A stretch of 64,000 bases of DNA from Protoeuglena noctilucae (taxonomy: Eukaryota). The stretch lies in assembly GCA_958009085.1 (NCBI GenBank), contig OY253673.1, positions 744,001-808,000 on the forward strand, written 5' to 3'. Below are positions 63,289 through 64,000 of this stretch, piece after piece; position 1 is the stretch's first letter, and each line of letters opens with the position of its first letter. A program made the translations under genes and the position numbers. The notes beneath the pieces were generated by a model, which was given only the letters and a program-made list of their open reading frames with translations, was not told the origin of the DNA and did no database searches.

Positions 63289-64000
63289 TCAGGACGCCGG
63301 GGCAAGCTCCAGTGCCCGCGCCTGCGCCCCGTACGACGTCGCGTTGTCGACGTGCCTGCCCCCCAGCCACTCCAGGCCCTTGCCCGTGGCACGGGGCGTC
63401 AGGCCCAAACTCGCTAGGTACTCTGGCGAGTGGAATTTGCTCAGGTGGCGGTGACCGCCGTCGCACAGCACGGTGACGATCACGTGGCCGGGGCCGAGAT
63501 CCCTTGCCAGCTTGGCAGCACCCACTGCAGATGGGAGGCGCGAGGCGGGATCGCCGTGGCGCGTCGGCTGCCGCTACGCTGCAGCAGCTTGCGGGCAAGC
63601 CACTCGCCGCAGTTCATCGCGGCGCTCGACCCTAGGAAGAGCCCGTCGTTGCGCATCAGGTAGGCCGCCATCTCCACGCACTCCTGGTCGGTGCCTCGGA
63701 ACGCCCCGTCAATCAGTGCGGTGGCGAAGTTGGCCGTGAGCCGGTTCAGGCCGATGCCCTCGGTGACGGTATCGAAGGGGTTGCGCAGACGGCGCCCCTC
63801 CGCCTCCACCGGTGCGTACAACACCCCTCGCTCGACCTGCGTGCGCAGTTGTCGCAGCCGTACCGTCGACACGCCCGCCCGTTGCCATGCAGCTCACTTG
63901 GGCAAGGCTCGCACGCACCTTGTTGTACAGACTGCTCCCCGGCGGGTCGACCAGGTAAACCCCGATGCGGGGGTCCAGGGCCTTCAGTGCCCGTGAAACG
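63289..64000 (-). CDS. Cysteine synthase-like PLP enzyme, 3' part; continues beyond window end
   Basis: DTVTEGIGLNRLTANF, DGLFLGSSAAMNC-VGAAKLARDLGPGHVIVTVLCDGGHRHLSKF. Confidence 0.9.

Overview
Gene-dense, GC-rich, intron-rich eukaryotic nuclear DNA from a chlorophyte green alga (nucleus-encoded petN and PSRP3 with transit peptides; standard genetic code). About 19 protein-coding genes were reconstructed by hand from motifs and splice sites, so exon boundaries and some start codons are approximate. In order: RPT5 (partial), CNOT11, RAD6/UBC2, an intronless F-box-ankyrin gene, a low-complexity hypothetical protein, a PHIP/BRWD WD40-bromodomain protein, PSRP3/Ycf65, a TMEM41/VTT protein, RST1/focadhesin, an FYV7-like protein, a BRCA1/BARD1-like protein, a CDK10/11-like kinase, an OSBP, an RluA pseudouridine synthase, petN, a double-CBS protein, anthranilate synthase alpha, a small membrane protein and a cysteine synthase (partial). 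No RNA genes, CRISPR arrays or autonomous mobile elements could be supported. The most unusual signals are in intron architecture. (1) Many introns carry decaying 'echo' copies of their own exon-intron junction. (2) Long introns are G-rich after the donor and C-rich before the acceptor. (3) At least ten GC-AG introns occur. (4) The echo and low-complexity introns are concentrated in two domains centred on convergent 3' ends of long genes.
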